From contig CAZWJT010000003.1 of assembly GCA_964634935.1 (NCBI GenBank), positions 116,323-180,322 of the forward strand: 64,000 nt of DNA, read 5' to 3'. The position numbers and the translations under genes were made by a program. This stretch comes from an uncultured Planctomycetia bacterium. GTDB taxonomy: Bacteria > Omnitrophota > Gorgyraeia > Duberdicusellales > Duberdicusellaceae. The notes under the pieces were generated by a model. It had not been told where the DNA came from and ran no database searches. It saw only the letters and a list, made by a program, of their open reading frames with translations. The number at the start of each line of letters is the position of its first letter. The stretch's first letter is position 1. This document shows, in pieces, positions 1 through 9,485 of the stretch.

Positions 1-607
1 TCCTGATGGCGTAGCGGTTCATAGGTTTTCTGTTTGTGCTCCGGAGCAAATTCAATTTGGGGGAGGGTACGCCGGCCATCTCTATGAGGGAAGAGGTTTG
101 CCTCTTGTTGAGAAGTTGGCTTTAGCTTTTCCGGAACTTCCTTTCCATGTTTGGGGAGGAGATGATAAGACAGTTTTTTCTTGGAAGCAGAAAACGCAGC
201 ACATCTTCAATCTTCAATTTCATGGTTTCATTCCACACGCGCAAATTTTCACAAATCTTCCCCGGTGTCAATTTCTACTCCTGCCTTATCAGAAATCTGT
301 TTTCCTTCAGGATAGAAGAACGAATACGGCACAGTGGATGTCTCCTCTGAAGTTATTTGAATACATGGCTTCCGGGCGTCCAATAATCGCATCAGATCTT
401 CCAGCAATCAGAGAAATTTTAACTGACAAGAAAAATGCTCTCTTAGTTGATCCGGAACACGCAGAAGATTGGAAAAGGGCAGTTCGTCTTCTTTTGTCAA
501 ATCCACAATTAACAGAGAGCATGGCTCAACAGGCCAGGAAAGAAGCCGAAGAAAAATATTCTTGGGAAAAACGAGCGGAAAGCATTTTAGGGATTATCAA
601 GAAGTAA
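1..607 (+). CDS. Glycosyltransferase family 1 (GT4-like), C-terminal part; 5' end cut by window edge
   Basis: Frame 2 is open from position 2. C-terminal GT-B motifs are present (EGRGLPLVEKL..., LFEYMASGRPIIASDLP...LLVDP). The listed TTG at 98 is internal; the gene continues upstream of the window. Confidence 0.75.
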   Translation, partial: PDGVAVHRFSVCAPEQIQFGGGYAGHLYEGRGLPLVEKLALAFPELPFHVWGGDDKTVFSWKQKTQHIFNLQFHGFIPHAQIFTNLPRCQFLLLPYQKSVFLQDRRTNTAQWMSPLKLFEYMASGRPIIASDLPAIREILTDKKNALLVDPEHAEDWKRAVRLLLSNPQLTESMAQQARKEAEEKYSWEKRAESILGIIKK

Positions 608-665
608 ATATGGGTTATTCTATTTTTCTTTATTCCGACATAAATAGTCACTGGGTATTGTCCCT

Positions 666-1790
666 ATGAAAAAGAAGATTTTGCTTGTTACTCCCGTGTT
701 ATCTATACCCGGCGGTGTCGCTCATTATTATTCGACGATACGCGCAGCTTTATGCCAGAGTCAAGACTATGATATCGTCATAATGGAGATTGGTAGCCGT
801 CCTGGTGAAACATTTTTCTTCAAGCTTTTTCGCCCCCTGGGGGATCAGGTGCGCTACCAGCTGCTCTTGCGGAGAAATAATTTTGCGCTTGTTCATCTCA
901 ACCCTTCTTTTGATCCAAAGAGTTTTTTTCGAGATGGTATATTTGGAAAAAGCGCCGCAAGGAGAGGGATTCAGACCGTTGTTTTTTTCCGTGGTTGGTC
1001 GGATTATTTTGAGCGGAAGGTTGAGAAATACTTAAAGAAAATGTTTCATTTTTTCTATGGTGACGTGGATAGTTTTATCGTTCTTTCTTCTCATATCGAA
1101 AAAAAGCTAAAACACTGGAAGATTAGTAAGCCAATCTATCTGGAAACCACAGTGGTTGAGGATAGTGTTTTTTATAAGTTTGACCTAGATCAAAAGATGA
1201 AAATGTTTGCAAGCCCCCCTGTTTATAAGATTCTTTTTATGTCGAGGCTTGAGAAAGAAAAAGGCATTCTTGATGTTCTCAGGGCCGGCGAATTGGTACG
1301 TCAGGCGGGGCATAAAATTTATCTTACCATAGCTGGGGATGGAGAGCTTTTCTGCGCGATTAAAAAGAAAATCATGGATAATCCAGACCTGCAGAATTGG
1401 GTGTCTTTAGTCGGTATGATTAGGGGCGCGGAAAAAGATAATCTTTTATTCTCGCATCATCTTTTTTGTTTTCCCACTTATTATCCAGAAGGTTTACCCA
1501 ATGTACTTTTGGAGGCTATGGGGGCTGGCTTGCTGCCAATCACTTGTCCCGCCGCAGGGATCAGAGATTTTTTCCAAGATAGAAAGATGGGTTTTCTCGT
1601 TGAGCCGAAAGATCCAAAGGCTTTAGCAAAGATGATTGTGGAGACCATTCAACTTCCAATCGGTGCGAAGAAAAAAATAATTGAATATAATCGGCATATT
1701 ATTGAAAGTCGATGTTTAGCTTCTGTAGTAAGTACGCGGTTGATCAGGGTGTATGATTCTTTGCTTGGAGGGAAAAAAGATATTCCGTAG
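666..1790 (+). CDS. Glycosyltransferase family 1 (GT4-like)
   Basis: 374 aa with GT-B C-terminal signature (MSRLEKEKGILDVL..., GDGELF, FCFPTYYPEGLPNVLLEAMGAGLLPI). Confidence 0.8.
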   Translation: MKKKILLVTPVLSIPGGVAHYYSTIRAALCQSQDYDIVIMEIGSRPGETFFFKLFRPLGDQVRYQLLLRRNNFALVHLNPSFDPKSFFRDGIFGKSAARRGIQTVVFFRGWSDYFERKVEKYLKKMFHFFYGDVDSFIVLSSHIEKKLKHWKISKPIYLETTVVEDSVFYKFDLDQKMKMFASPPVYKILFMSRLEKEKGILDVLRAGELVRQAGHKIYLTIAGDGELFCAIKKKIMDNPDLQNWVSLVGMIRGAEKDNLLFSHHLFCFPTYYPEGLPNVLLEAMGAGLLPITCPAAGIRDFFQDRKMGFLVEPKDPKALAKMIVETIQLPIGAKKKIIEYNRHIIESRCLASVVSTRLIRVYDSLLGGKKDIP

Positions 1791-1812
1791 ACGGTAAACT
1801 GAGATATATATC

Positions 1813-3030
1813 TTGGCCAGAACAACTTTGAATACAGAAGAACAAATTAAAGCAAGTCTTCAGAGACTTGAGGCATGGCTTGTTTCTGAGTCGTATCGCG
1901 GCTATGATCCGTTTGATGGACTTAATGCACCTTTGAGCATTTTCTTAGGTAAGAATAGGCACGTACATACTCTTTTTCTCCAGCTCATGAAGCGCATTCC
2001 ATTGAATATGCGGCCGCTTTTTGGCATTCAGAAAAGTTACAATGCAAAAGGGTTAGGGCTATTGCTTTCCGGGTACCTTGAGCGATTCTCTGGGTGCGCT
2101 GGGCAGAATGATTTAGAAGCTATTCAATGGTTGAAAGAATGGCTTCTGGAAAACAAGAGCGCGGCATATCCTCAATATTATAGCTGGGGATATAATTTTG
2201 CTTGGGCGAATAGGAGTTTTTTTCTTGCACGGAATGCGCCTAATATGGTGGTAACTTTTTTTGTGGCTTCGGCTTTTCTGGATCTCTATGAACATACCCG
2301 GGAAGATAAGTTTCTCGAAGTGGCAAAAAGTTCCGGAAAATTTTTTGTCGAATGTCTGCAAAGGAAAACCCCCGACGGGTCTTCGTATTTTCATTATACT
2401 CCTTATGATGCTACAGTAATCCATAACGTGAATATGTTTGGGGCGGCATTCTTGGCCCGGTTATACTTTTTGGTAAAACAACCGGAATTACTTGCATACG
2501 CAGAAAAATCTGTCGCATACACCATGCAATTCCAGAAAGAAGATGGATCGTGGTGCTATGGTGAAGATGCTCATCAAAAGTGGGTTGACAGTTTTCATAC
2601 AGGGTATATTTTGATGGCGCTTGCCGATTATGGCGACTATACTAAAGATATAACATACCAAGAAAAATTAAAAAAAGGGTATGATTTTTTTAAGAAAAAT
2701 TTTATTTTTGCAGATGGTTCAGTCAGTTATTATCCGCAAAAGAAATACCCGGTTGACGCTCATGCGCTCGCCGTCGGTATTCTGACGGTGCTGAAAATGC
2801 GGTTTCTCGATCGTTGCGCTCTTGAAGATGCGAAAAAAATTGCATTGTGGTCGATAGAACATATGCAAGATCAGAAAGGTTATTTTTACTATCAAAAGCA
2901 CAAGATTTGGAGGAATACCATCAACTACATACGCTGGTCTCAATGTTGGATGTTTAAAGCGCTTGTGCATTTAGTGAAAGTGCTCTCGGATGCCAATGGA
3001 CAACAAAAGGACGATCTGGGTAGATTTTGA
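1813..3030 (+). CDS. Hypothetical protein in glycan cluster; Trp/Tyr-rich repeated pattern suggests an (alpha/alpha)-toroid sugar-modifying fold (epimerase/hydrolase-like); TTG start
   Basis: 405 aa ORF with no recognisable catalytic motif. Recurring aromatic-rich segments (WGYNFAW, YHTGYILMALADYGDY, GSWCYGED). Sits between GT1 and DUF354/WecB. Confidence 0.35.
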   Translation: MARTTLNTEEQIKASLQRLEAWLVSESYRGYDPFDGLNAPLSIFLGKNRHVHTLFLQLMKRIPLNMRPLFGIQKSYNAKGLGLLLSGYLERFSGCAGQNDLEAIQWLKEWLLENKSAAYPQYYSWGYNFAWANRSFFLARNAPNMVVTFFVASAFLDLYEHTREDKFLEVAKSSGKFFVECLQRKTPDGSSYFHYTPYDATVIHNVNMFGAAFLARLYFLVKQPELLAYAEKSVAYTMQFQKEDGSWCYGEDAHQKWVDSFHTGYILMALADYGDYTKDITYQEKLKKGYDFFKKNFIFADGSVSYYPQKKYPVDAHALAVGILTVLKMRFLDRCALEDAKKIALWSIEHMQDQKGYFYYQKHKIWRNTINYIRWSQCWMFKALVHLVKVLSDANGQQKDDLGRF

Positions 3031-4051
3031 CAACGCGCCACATGTGGCGTTTCTTCTGCCGCTGGCGAGGGAATTAGAAAGCCGCGGATTTTATCTTTTT
3101 TATACGGCCCGTAATCACGCAGAAACAACGATACTTTTAAAGAGCCAGGGTGTGAAATTTTTGAGTATCGGTGGAGAATTTGCCAAGTCGAAGATTGCTA
3201 AGGTGTTTGGGACGCTTCATAGAGCGCTCCAGTTACAGAAACGCATTGGTTCTCAAAAAATTTTCGGGTTTTTGTCGCACGGTTCTCGGGCAGGAGTTTT
3301 GGCGTCATTTTTTAAAGGAATTCCTTCGGTAACTCTTTATGATTATGAATATGTGGACACTACCATTTTTAATATCTTTTCCACGAAAGTTCTAGTTCCT
3401 AATGTAATCACCGACCGCGATATTGTCCAGGCTGGCATCAATCCGAAAAATATAGCAAAATATCCCGGGTTAAAAGAAGAGCTTTATCTCCCGGGGTTTA
3501 TTCCTTCTGCTGAATTGTTTCATCTGCTTGGTCTTAACCCGGAAAAAATAATTGTTACGGTACGGCCGCCGGCAACTTTTGGTCATTATCACAATCAAGA
3601 AAGCGAGAATATTCTTTCTGCGCTTTTTGACTATCTGTTGGGATTTCCCGAAATAGAACTGGTAGTATTGCCCAGAAGAAAAGAACAAAAAATACAGATT
3701 CAGGATATGTATTTTCATGGGAAACAGAAGGTCGTTATCCCGGAAACGGCAGTGGATGGTTTGAATCTGATCTGGAACTCAGATTTGGTGATCAGCGGTG
3801 GTGGAACGATGATTCGCGAGGCAGCGGCACTGGGAGTCCCGGCCTATAGTATTTTTACCGGTAAAGTTGGTGCGGTTGACCGATGTCTTGAACAACAAAA
3901 AAAGATTTCTTTTATCCGCACGCTATCCGATATAAAATCTATTGTGATTCGGAAAAGATCGAAAATCACTGTTGACAAAATTCAGCTACAGGAAAAAAGC
4001 AACATGCTTGTTCAGTATATTATTAATCAAGCCCTCAAGGTTTTTCGTTAA
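2990..4051 (+). CDS. DUF354 family protein (GT-B / UDP-GlcNAc 2-epimerase-related fold)
   Basis: N-terminus TIWVDFDNAPHVAFLLPLARELESRG matches the DUF354 opening motif (xIWxDIxNxPHVxFF). 353 aa. Start may be the ATG at 2996. Confidence 0.6.
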   Translation: MPMDNKRTIWVDFDNAPHVAFLLPLARELESRGFYLFYTARNHAETTILLKSQGVKFLSIGGEFAKSKIAKVFGTLHRALQLQKRIGSQKIFGFLSHGSRAGVLASFFKGIPSVTLYDYEYVDTTIFNIFSTKVLVPNVITDRDIVQAGINPKNIAKYPGLKEELYLPGFIPSAELFHLLGLNPEKIIVTVRPPATFGHYHNQESENILSALFDYLLGFPEIELVVLPRRKEQKIQIQDMYFHGKQKVVIPETAVDGLNLIWNSDLVISGGGTMIREAAALGVPAYSIFTGKVGAVDRCLEQQKKISFIRTLSDIKSIVIRKRSKITVDKIQLQEKSNMLVQYIINQALKVFR

Positions 4052-4055
4052 GAAG

Positions 4056-5147
4056 ATGAGAAAAATTCTTATCATTGCAGGTACTCGGCCTAATTTCGTA
4101 AAGATTGCCCCCCTGCTTCGAGCGTTCGCCCCCTATCGAAGAGCAGCGCGCTGCGTTTTTGTGCATACCGGTCAGCATTATGACGAATGTATGTCTGAAT
4201 TCTTTTTCAAGGATTTGGATATTGTAAAACCAGATATTTTTCTCGGTGTTGGTTCCGCTTCCCATGCGGAGCAAACTGCGAGAATCATGATCCGGTTCGA
4301 AGCGGTCGTGCTGAAAGAAAAGCCGGATTTAATTATGGTAGTCGGAGACGTAAATTCTACCCTTGCCTGCGCTTTAGTAGGAGCGAAATTGCATGTGCCT
4401 ACCGCGCATGTTGAATCTGGGCTCAGGAGTTTTGACCGCACTATGCCCGAAGAGATAAATCGCATTGTTACCGATCGGCTCTCGGATTTTCTTTTTACTT
4501 CTTGTACAGAGGCAAATCAGAATTTGAAACGTGAGGGAGTTTCTACAAAAAAGATATTTTTTGTTGGTAATATTATGATCGATGCGCTTCGCATGGTTTA
4601 TCCAAGAATTCTTTGTTCAAATGTTTTAACAGCCTTAAAGGTTCTGCCGAAAAAGTATGCGGTTGTTACTCTTCACAGGCCGAGCAATGTGGACAATAAG
4701 AAGGCATTAACTCTGATTTTCTCAGCTTTGAAGCGCATTTCGCAGGATATCCGTCTTGTTTTTCCAGTTCACCCGCGCACAAAGCATTATCTTGAGAAAT
4801 TTTCTTTGCAGCCAGAGGGTGCCGCAATTACTATGATTGAACCGCTCGGGTATATTGATTTTCTGAAGTTGTATTCGGAAGCGCTTTTCGTTGTGACTGA
4901 TTCAGGAGGCGTTCAAGAAGAAACAACGTATTTAAAGATACCGTGTCTTACTATACGCCAAAATACCGAGCGTCCGGTTACAGTACGTCTCGGTACAAAT
5001 ACCCTTATTGGAATAAATGCTCAGAGGCTTGTTGGTGAAAGTATGGCGATTTTAAGGGGGCGTGGTAAAATAGGCAGAGTTCCTCCCTTGTGGGACGGGA
5101 GAACAGCTGAGAGGATAGTCCGGATTGTTTTGAATAATTTTGGTTGA
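4056..5147 (+). CDS. wecB: UDP-N-acetylglucosamine 2-epimerase (non-hydrolysing), WecB/MnaA-like
   Basis: MRKILIIAGTRPNFVKIAPL..., HVESGLRSFD, VTDSGGVQEE motifs. I chose the ATG at 4056 over the upstream in-frame ATG at 3972, which would add a non-homologous 28 aa. Confidence 0.85.
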   Translation: MRKILIIAGTRPNFVKIAPLLRAFAPYRRAARCVFVHTGQHYDECMSEFFFKDLDIVKPDIFLGVGSASHAEQTARIMIRFEAVVLKEKPDLIMVVGDVNSTLACALVGAKLHVPTAHVESGLRSFDRTMPEEINRIVTDRLSDFLFTSCTEANQNLKREGVSTKKIFFVGNIMIDALRMVYPRILCSNVLTALKVLPKKYAVVTLHRPSNVDNKKALTLIFSALKRISQDIRLVFPVHPRTKHYLEKFSLQPEGAAITMIEPLGYIDFLKLYSEALFVVTDSGGVQEETTYLKIPCLTIRQNTERPVTVRLGTNTLIGINAQRLVGESMAILRGRGKIGRVPPLWDGRTAERIVRIVLNNFG

Positions 5148-6288
5148 AGCCAAGACGGTTTATATGGAGATACCATTCGTTGATTTAAAAGCTCAATATG
5201 ACACGCTTAAGCCAGAACTAGACAGAGCGTTCAGTGAAATTTTCAACCACTCAGCGTTTATTGGAGGCAAGGCCGTCGAATCTTTTGAGCAAAATTTCTC
5301 CAGGTTTTGTGGCGTAAATTATTGTGTTGGGGTTGGGAACGGTACAGATGCGCTGTTTTTAGCGCTTCGCGCTTTAGGTATAGGACGAGGAGATGAAGTA
5401 ATTCTTCCGGTGAACACGTTTATTGCGACCGCAGAAGCAGTGTGTATGGCCCAGGCTACGGTAAAATTTGTTGATGTTTGTGAAGATAGTTACACGATTG
5501 ACTGCGCCCAGATAGAAAAGGCAATCACCGCTCATACCAAAGCAATCATTCCGGTTCATCTCTACGGTCAAGCTGCGGATATGGATAAGATCTCAGCTAT
5601 TGCGCAAAGACATAATCTGAAAGTTATAGAAGACGCTTGCCAGGCACACGGAGCCATGTATTTCTCCGGACAAGGAAAAACAAAAAGACGAGTTGGCGGT
5701 TTTGGTGATTGTGGCTGTTTCAGCTTTTATCCCGGAAAGAATCTAGGGGCTTACGGTGACGGCGGAGCAATTACCACCAACAATAAAGATATTGCTTTTT
5801 ATGTCAGAAGATTTGCGAACCATGGACGTCGAGAAAACTATTTACATTCTGTCCCAGGAATCAACAGCAGGCTTGACGGCCTTCAGGCAGCCGTTCTCAA
5901 TATAAAGTTACGTTATCTCGAAGAATGGACAAAATTACGCAGGAAAAACGCGCACTTTTATACCGACTTTTTTCAACATACAGATATTCTTCCTCCGCGG
6001 GAAATGGCATATGGAGAACACGTGTATCACCTTTATGTGATACGTGCGCGGCAAAGAGAAAGATTGACATCTTTTCTTAAGGAACATGGTATTGCCGCGG
6101 GTTTGCATTATCCCGTACCCTTGCACCTTCAGGAGGCGTTCATCTCTTTAGGGTACCGGCGGGGAGATTTTCCAATCGCTGAACGCTGTGCCCAGGAGAT
6201 TCTTTCTTTGCCGCTCTATCCCGAGCTATCAGATGCCCAGATCTCTTACGTCATTGGGATAGTGAAAAAGTACAATGAACATTCTTAA
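5140..6288 (+). CDS. DegT/DnrJ/EryC1/StrS-family PLP-dependent sugar aminotransferase (WbpE-like)
   Basis: IPFVDLKAQYDTLKPELD..., GNGTDALFLAL, and the lysine region FSFYPGKNLGAYGDGGA. An alternative ATG lies at 5164. Confidence 0.85.
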   Translation: MVEAKTVYMEIPFVDLKAQYDTLKPELDRAFSEIFNHSAFIGGKAVESFEQNFSRFCGVNYCVGVGNGTDALFLALRALGIGRGDEVILPVNTFIATAEAVCMAQATVKFVDVCEDSYTIDCAQIEKAITAHTKAIIPVHLYGQAADMDKISAIAQRHNLKVIEDACQAHGAMYFSGQGKTKRRVGGFGDCGCFSFYPGKNLGAYGDGGAITTNNKDIAFYVRRFANHGRRENYLHSVPGINSRLDGLQAAVLNIKLRYLEEWTKLRRKNAHFYTDFFQHTDILPPREMAYGEHVYHLYVIRARQRERLTSFLKEHGIAAGLHYPVPLHLQEAFISLGYRRGDFPIAERCAQEILSLPLYPELSDAQISYVIGIVKKYNEHS

Positions 6289-7720
6289 GCGTTATCCGCG
6301 TTCCCGGTTTATCTTTTTATTCGCAGACAGTATCTGTTTTTGCATCGGGATTTTCACAGCGCTTTATATCCGCTATAAAACGAATTTTTTCGGCAGTTAT
6401 CAATTAGATTTTCCTTGGCACGAGGGTTTACTTCTTATCCCTCCGAGTTTAGTATTCATCGTTCTGTTCAAGGAAAATAAGCTCTATAAGCCTGTACTTT
6501 TTCTCAGTGGCGCGTCCCAGATATTATTACTTACGAAATGTCTTTTATACGGTTCTTTTTTCGCTACGATACTTATTCTTCTTCTGGTCGGAGGTTTTGC
6601 GTTTCATATCAGAACTGTTTTTTTCCTCTATGTTTCGTCTTCGTTTTTCTACCTGCTTCTTTTGAGGGTTTTTCTGCTCCGCAAGCTATTCTCCAAATTC
6701 TCGCACCGAGGTTTTTTCCGAAGAAAAATCCTGGTGATTGGTGCAGGCCAAGCAGGGAGATTATTTGCTGCTCAGATTCAAAATGAACCGTCGCTTGGCT
6801 TCAAAATCATTGGGTTTCTCGATGATAACAAGGCATTACATGGAGAGCGCATTTTGAATCTATGGGTTCTCGGAGATACCAGCCAACTTGCCGAAGTCGT
6901 TCAACGAGAAAAACCCCACGAAATATTCATTACCATAAATGCTATTTCTTATGAAAAACTGCTCAGTTTGTTGAAAATATGTAAGCGCGTACATTTGCCT
7001 GTGCATGTTGTGTCTGATCAGCTCAATATTTTGAAAGAAGAGCTCAATCTCATTGAATATAAATCTCTTTCTTACGCTTCATTTGCGGTCGCGAGCAGAA
7101 AAACCAACCGGGTTTTAGGGAAAGCAATAAAAAGGCTTATAGATATTATTTTTTCATGTCTTTTCCTTCTTGTTTTTTCCCCGGTATTTCTTGTTTTGGG
7201 TATGCTTGTAAAATTATCTTCCAGAGGCCCAGTGTTTTTCCGTTCAAAGGCAATCGGTAAAAGAGGAAAGAAATTTACAATGTATAAATTTCGTTCAATG
7301 TACCAGAACGACAATTCTTTACACAAAAAACACCTCCAAGATATCATCACGAACCCAAACTTGAAGGCCGAGAAGCTGAAGAACGATCCTCGAATCACGC
7401 CGCTTGGCCGCTTTATTCGAAAATACAGCCTTGATGAGCTTCCTCAGATCTGGAATGTGCTTATCGGTGATATGAGCCTTGTCGGTCCTCGGCCGGCCTT
7501 GGAATATGAATTTGAACACTATCAAAAATGGCATAAGCGGCGTTTTTTTGTACGTCCTGGTATTACCGGACTTTGGCAGGTATACGGCCGCAGTAAGGTA
7601 TCCCACGACGATATGATTATTCTTGACTGGTATTACATCAAAAACTATTCTTTATGGCTTGATTACCTCATTCTTCTGAGGACTATCCCTGTAGTATTTT
7701 TTGGCAAAGGCGGAGGATAG
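6275..7720 (+). CDS. Polyprenyl-phosphate sugar phosphotransferase (bacterial sugar transferase, WbaP/PglC-type with N-terminal TM/CoA-binding-like region)
   Basis: C-terminal catalytic block is present (KRLIDIIFS...SPVFLVLGMLVKLSSRGPVFF, KFRSM, DPRITPLGRFIRKYSLDELPQIWNVLIGDMSLVGPRP), after multiple N-terminal TM helices. Confidence 0.85.
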   Translation: MNILKRYPRSRFIFLFADSICFCIGIFTALYIRYKTNFFGSYQLDFPWHEGLLLIPPSLVFIVLFKENKLYKPVLFLSGASQILLLTKCLLYGSFFATILILLLVGGFAFHIRTVFFLYVSSSFFYLLLLRVFLLRKLFSKFSHRGFFRRKILVIGAGQAGRLFAAQIQNEPSLGFKIIGFLDDNKALHGERILNLWVLGDTSQLAEVVQREKPHEIFITINAISYEKLLSLLKICKRVHLPVHVVSDQLNILKEELNLIEYKSLSYASFAVASRKTNRVLGKAIKRLIDIIFSCLFLLVFSPVFLVLGMLVKLSSRGPVFFRSKAIGKRGKKFTMYKFRSMYQNDNSLHKKHLQDIITNPNLKAEKLKNDPRITPLGRFIRKYSLDELPQIWNVLIGDMSLVGPRPALEYEFEHYQKWHKRRFFVRPGITGLWQVYGRSKVSHDDMIILDWYYIKNYSLWLDYLILLRTIPVVFFGKGGG

Positions 7721-7822
7721 GATGGTATACTGCTTTTAAGGCATTTTTCTTTCCGGCGGCGTAGTTTCTTATCTTTCGACATACCAAGTCTTCCTGAAGT
7801 TATTTTAAGGAATAAGATTCTG

Positions 7823-7831
7823 TGATACAAT
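7823..7831 (+). promoter_or_regulatory. Extended -10 promoter element (TGATACAAT) upstream of the Gfo/Idh/MocA oxidoreductase gene
   Basis: TG-A-TACAAT at 7823..7831, 25 bp upstream of the ATG at 7856, inside the only sizeable intergenic gap (135 bp) in the glycan cluster. Confidence 0.4.
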
Positions 7832-7855
7832 AGAACCTCAAAGTAAGAAATTAGT

Positions 7856-8857
7856 ATGGCGCAGAAAATCACAATAGGAATCATAGGGTTTGGATACTGG
7901 GGACCGAATCTTTGTCGAAACTTTATATCCCATAGCCAGTGTCAGGTAAAAACGATAGTCGATGTAGACCAAAGTCGGCTGTCTTTGGCCAAAAAACTCT
8001 ATCCATACCTCCATACGAGTCAAAATGTTCGGGAGGTTTTAGTGGATCCAGAGATTCAGGCGGTAGTCATCGCTACCCCTGTTCATCTTCACTATGAGAT
8101 TGTCAAGAGCGCATTGATCGCAGGAAAACACGTTCTGGTGGAAAAGCCCATGACTTATACGGTAAAGTTAGCAGAAGAGCTTTTAACCTTGGCGAACAAG
8201 GAGAAGCGTATTTTGATGGTTGACCACACTTTTCTGTATACCGGGGCAGTTAAGAAAATCAAGGAGATTATCGCAGGCGGACAAGCAGGGAAGGTGCAGT
8301 ATTTTGATTCCACGCGCATTAACCTTGGACTTTTTCAGCATGATGTGAATGTTCTTTGGGATTTAGCAGTACACGATGTTTCAATTCTTGATTTTCTTAT
8401 TGGCGAAGAACCGGTGAGCGTAGTCGCGACAGGGATTTCTCACACTGAGAAAAACATAGAAAATATCGCATTCTTAACTCTCTATTTTCAATCTAATATT
8501 ATTGCTCATCTGAATTGTTCATGGATTTCTCCGATGAAAATCAGGAGAGTCCTTATCGGCGGGACAGAAAAGATGATTGTCTATGACGATATCGAGCCAA
8601 CTGAAAAAGTAAAGATTTACGATTATGGCTATAAAGTTGCCGGAAAAGAGATGCTCGTTGACTACCGTTTCGGAGACATTGTCATCCCCAAGCTCGATAC
8701 CACTGAAGCTCTCTGGGGAGTAGCTTCTGATTTTATAACTGCAATCCAGACCGGGAAAAATCCTCTTTCTGACGCCTGCATGGGGGCGCGTGTTGTGCGT
8801 ATCTTGGAAGCAGCAAATACGTCGCTGCGGAATAAAGGAGAAGAGGTGTTTCTCTGA
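7856..8857 (+). CDS. Gfo/Idh/MocA-family NAD(P)-dependent sugar oxidoreductase (WbpB-like)
   Basis: N-terminal Rossmann GIIGFGYWGPN and EKP motif (VLVEKPMT). Confidence 0.8.
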   Translation: MAQKITIGIIGFGYWGPNLCRNFISHSQCQVKTIVDVDQSRLSLAKKLYPYLHTSQNVREVLVDPEIQAVVIATPVHLHYEIVKSALIAGKHVLVEKPMTYTVKLAEELLTLANKEKRILMVDHTFLYTGAVKKIKEIIAGGQAGKVQYFDSTRINLGLFQHDVNVLWDLAVHDVSILDFLIGEEPVSVVATGISHTEKNIENIAFLTLYFQSNIIAHLNCSWISPMKIRRVLIGGTEKMIVYDDIEPTEKVKIYDYGYKVAGKEMLVDYRFGDIVIPKLDTTEALWGVASDFITAIQTGKNPLSDACMGARVVRILEAANTSLRNKGEEVFL

Positions 8858-9471
8858 TGGAGCGGAAAGATTGCGCAAACAATAGGATGATATTAAAAGA
8901 CGTTCGAGTGGGGCGAAACGTTACAATCTATAATTTCGTAAACGCGTATCATTGTACGATTGCCGACAATACGAAGATTGGGTCGTTTGTCGAGATTCAG
9001 AAGAACGTGCGGATTGGAGAGAATTGTAAGATATCCAGTCACTCTTTTCTTTGCGAAGGGGTTGTTATTGGCAATAATGTTTTTGTTGGCCACAACGTTT
9101 CTTTTATTAATGATAAATATCCCCGGGCGGTAAATGCACACGGAAAATTACAGAGTGAATGCGATTGGATTGTGAGTAATACTACAGTAGAAGAAGGAGC
9201 TTCCATTGGTACAAGCGCCACGATTCTTTGTGGTGTGTGCATTGGCGCATACGCGGTCGTAGGAGCTGGGAGTGTTGTGACGAAAGACATTCCTGCGTAC
9301 GCTCTTGTATACGGGAATCCCGCCGTACAGCATGGATATGTATGTAAGTGCGGCAAGCGATTGTTTTTTCTTCGACAGAAGTCAAGATGCCGTTGCGGGT
9401 ATTTTTATAAGTTGCAAGCAAAGAGGATTCTTCCTCAAGGGTTCGTGTGCAGACACAAGCAGGGCAAGTAG
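8857..9471 (+). CDS. Hexapeptide-repeat (left-handed beta-helix) sugar N-acetyltransferase (WbpD/PglD-like) with C-terminal Cys-rich tail
   Basis: Hexapeptide repeats (VGRNVTI, IGSFVEI, IGENCKI, IGNNVFVGHNV). The tail is CKCGKRL...CRCG. Start overlaps the upstream stop (TGATG). Confidence 0.75.
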   Translation: MERKDCANNRMILKDVRVGRNVTIYNFVNAYHCTIADNTKIGSFVEIQKNVRIGENCKISSHSFLCEGVVIGNNVFVGHNVSFINDKYPRAVNAHGKLQSECDWIVSNTTVEEGASIGTSATILCGVCIGAYAVVGAGSVVTKDIPAYALVYGNPAVQHGYVCKCGKRLFFLRQKSRCRCGYFYKLQAKRILPQGFVCRHKQGK

Positions 9472-9485
9472 GATTTTTTCCGTGG

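Noticed and set aside
790-1035. Same-strand alternative-frame ORFs nested inside real genes (also 9545..10030, 11660..11842, 12113..12655, 15930..16397, 18507..18719).
   Set aside because: They lie entirely within stronger, motif-bearing ORFs in another frame, with no SD or start-context support.
3972-4055. Longer WecB start (MTKFSYRKK...) from the ORF track.
   Set aside because: The extra 28 aa are non-homologous and basic/hydrophobic, and they overlap the DUF354 coding end. The internal ATG at 4056 gives the canonical MRKILIIAGTRPNF start.
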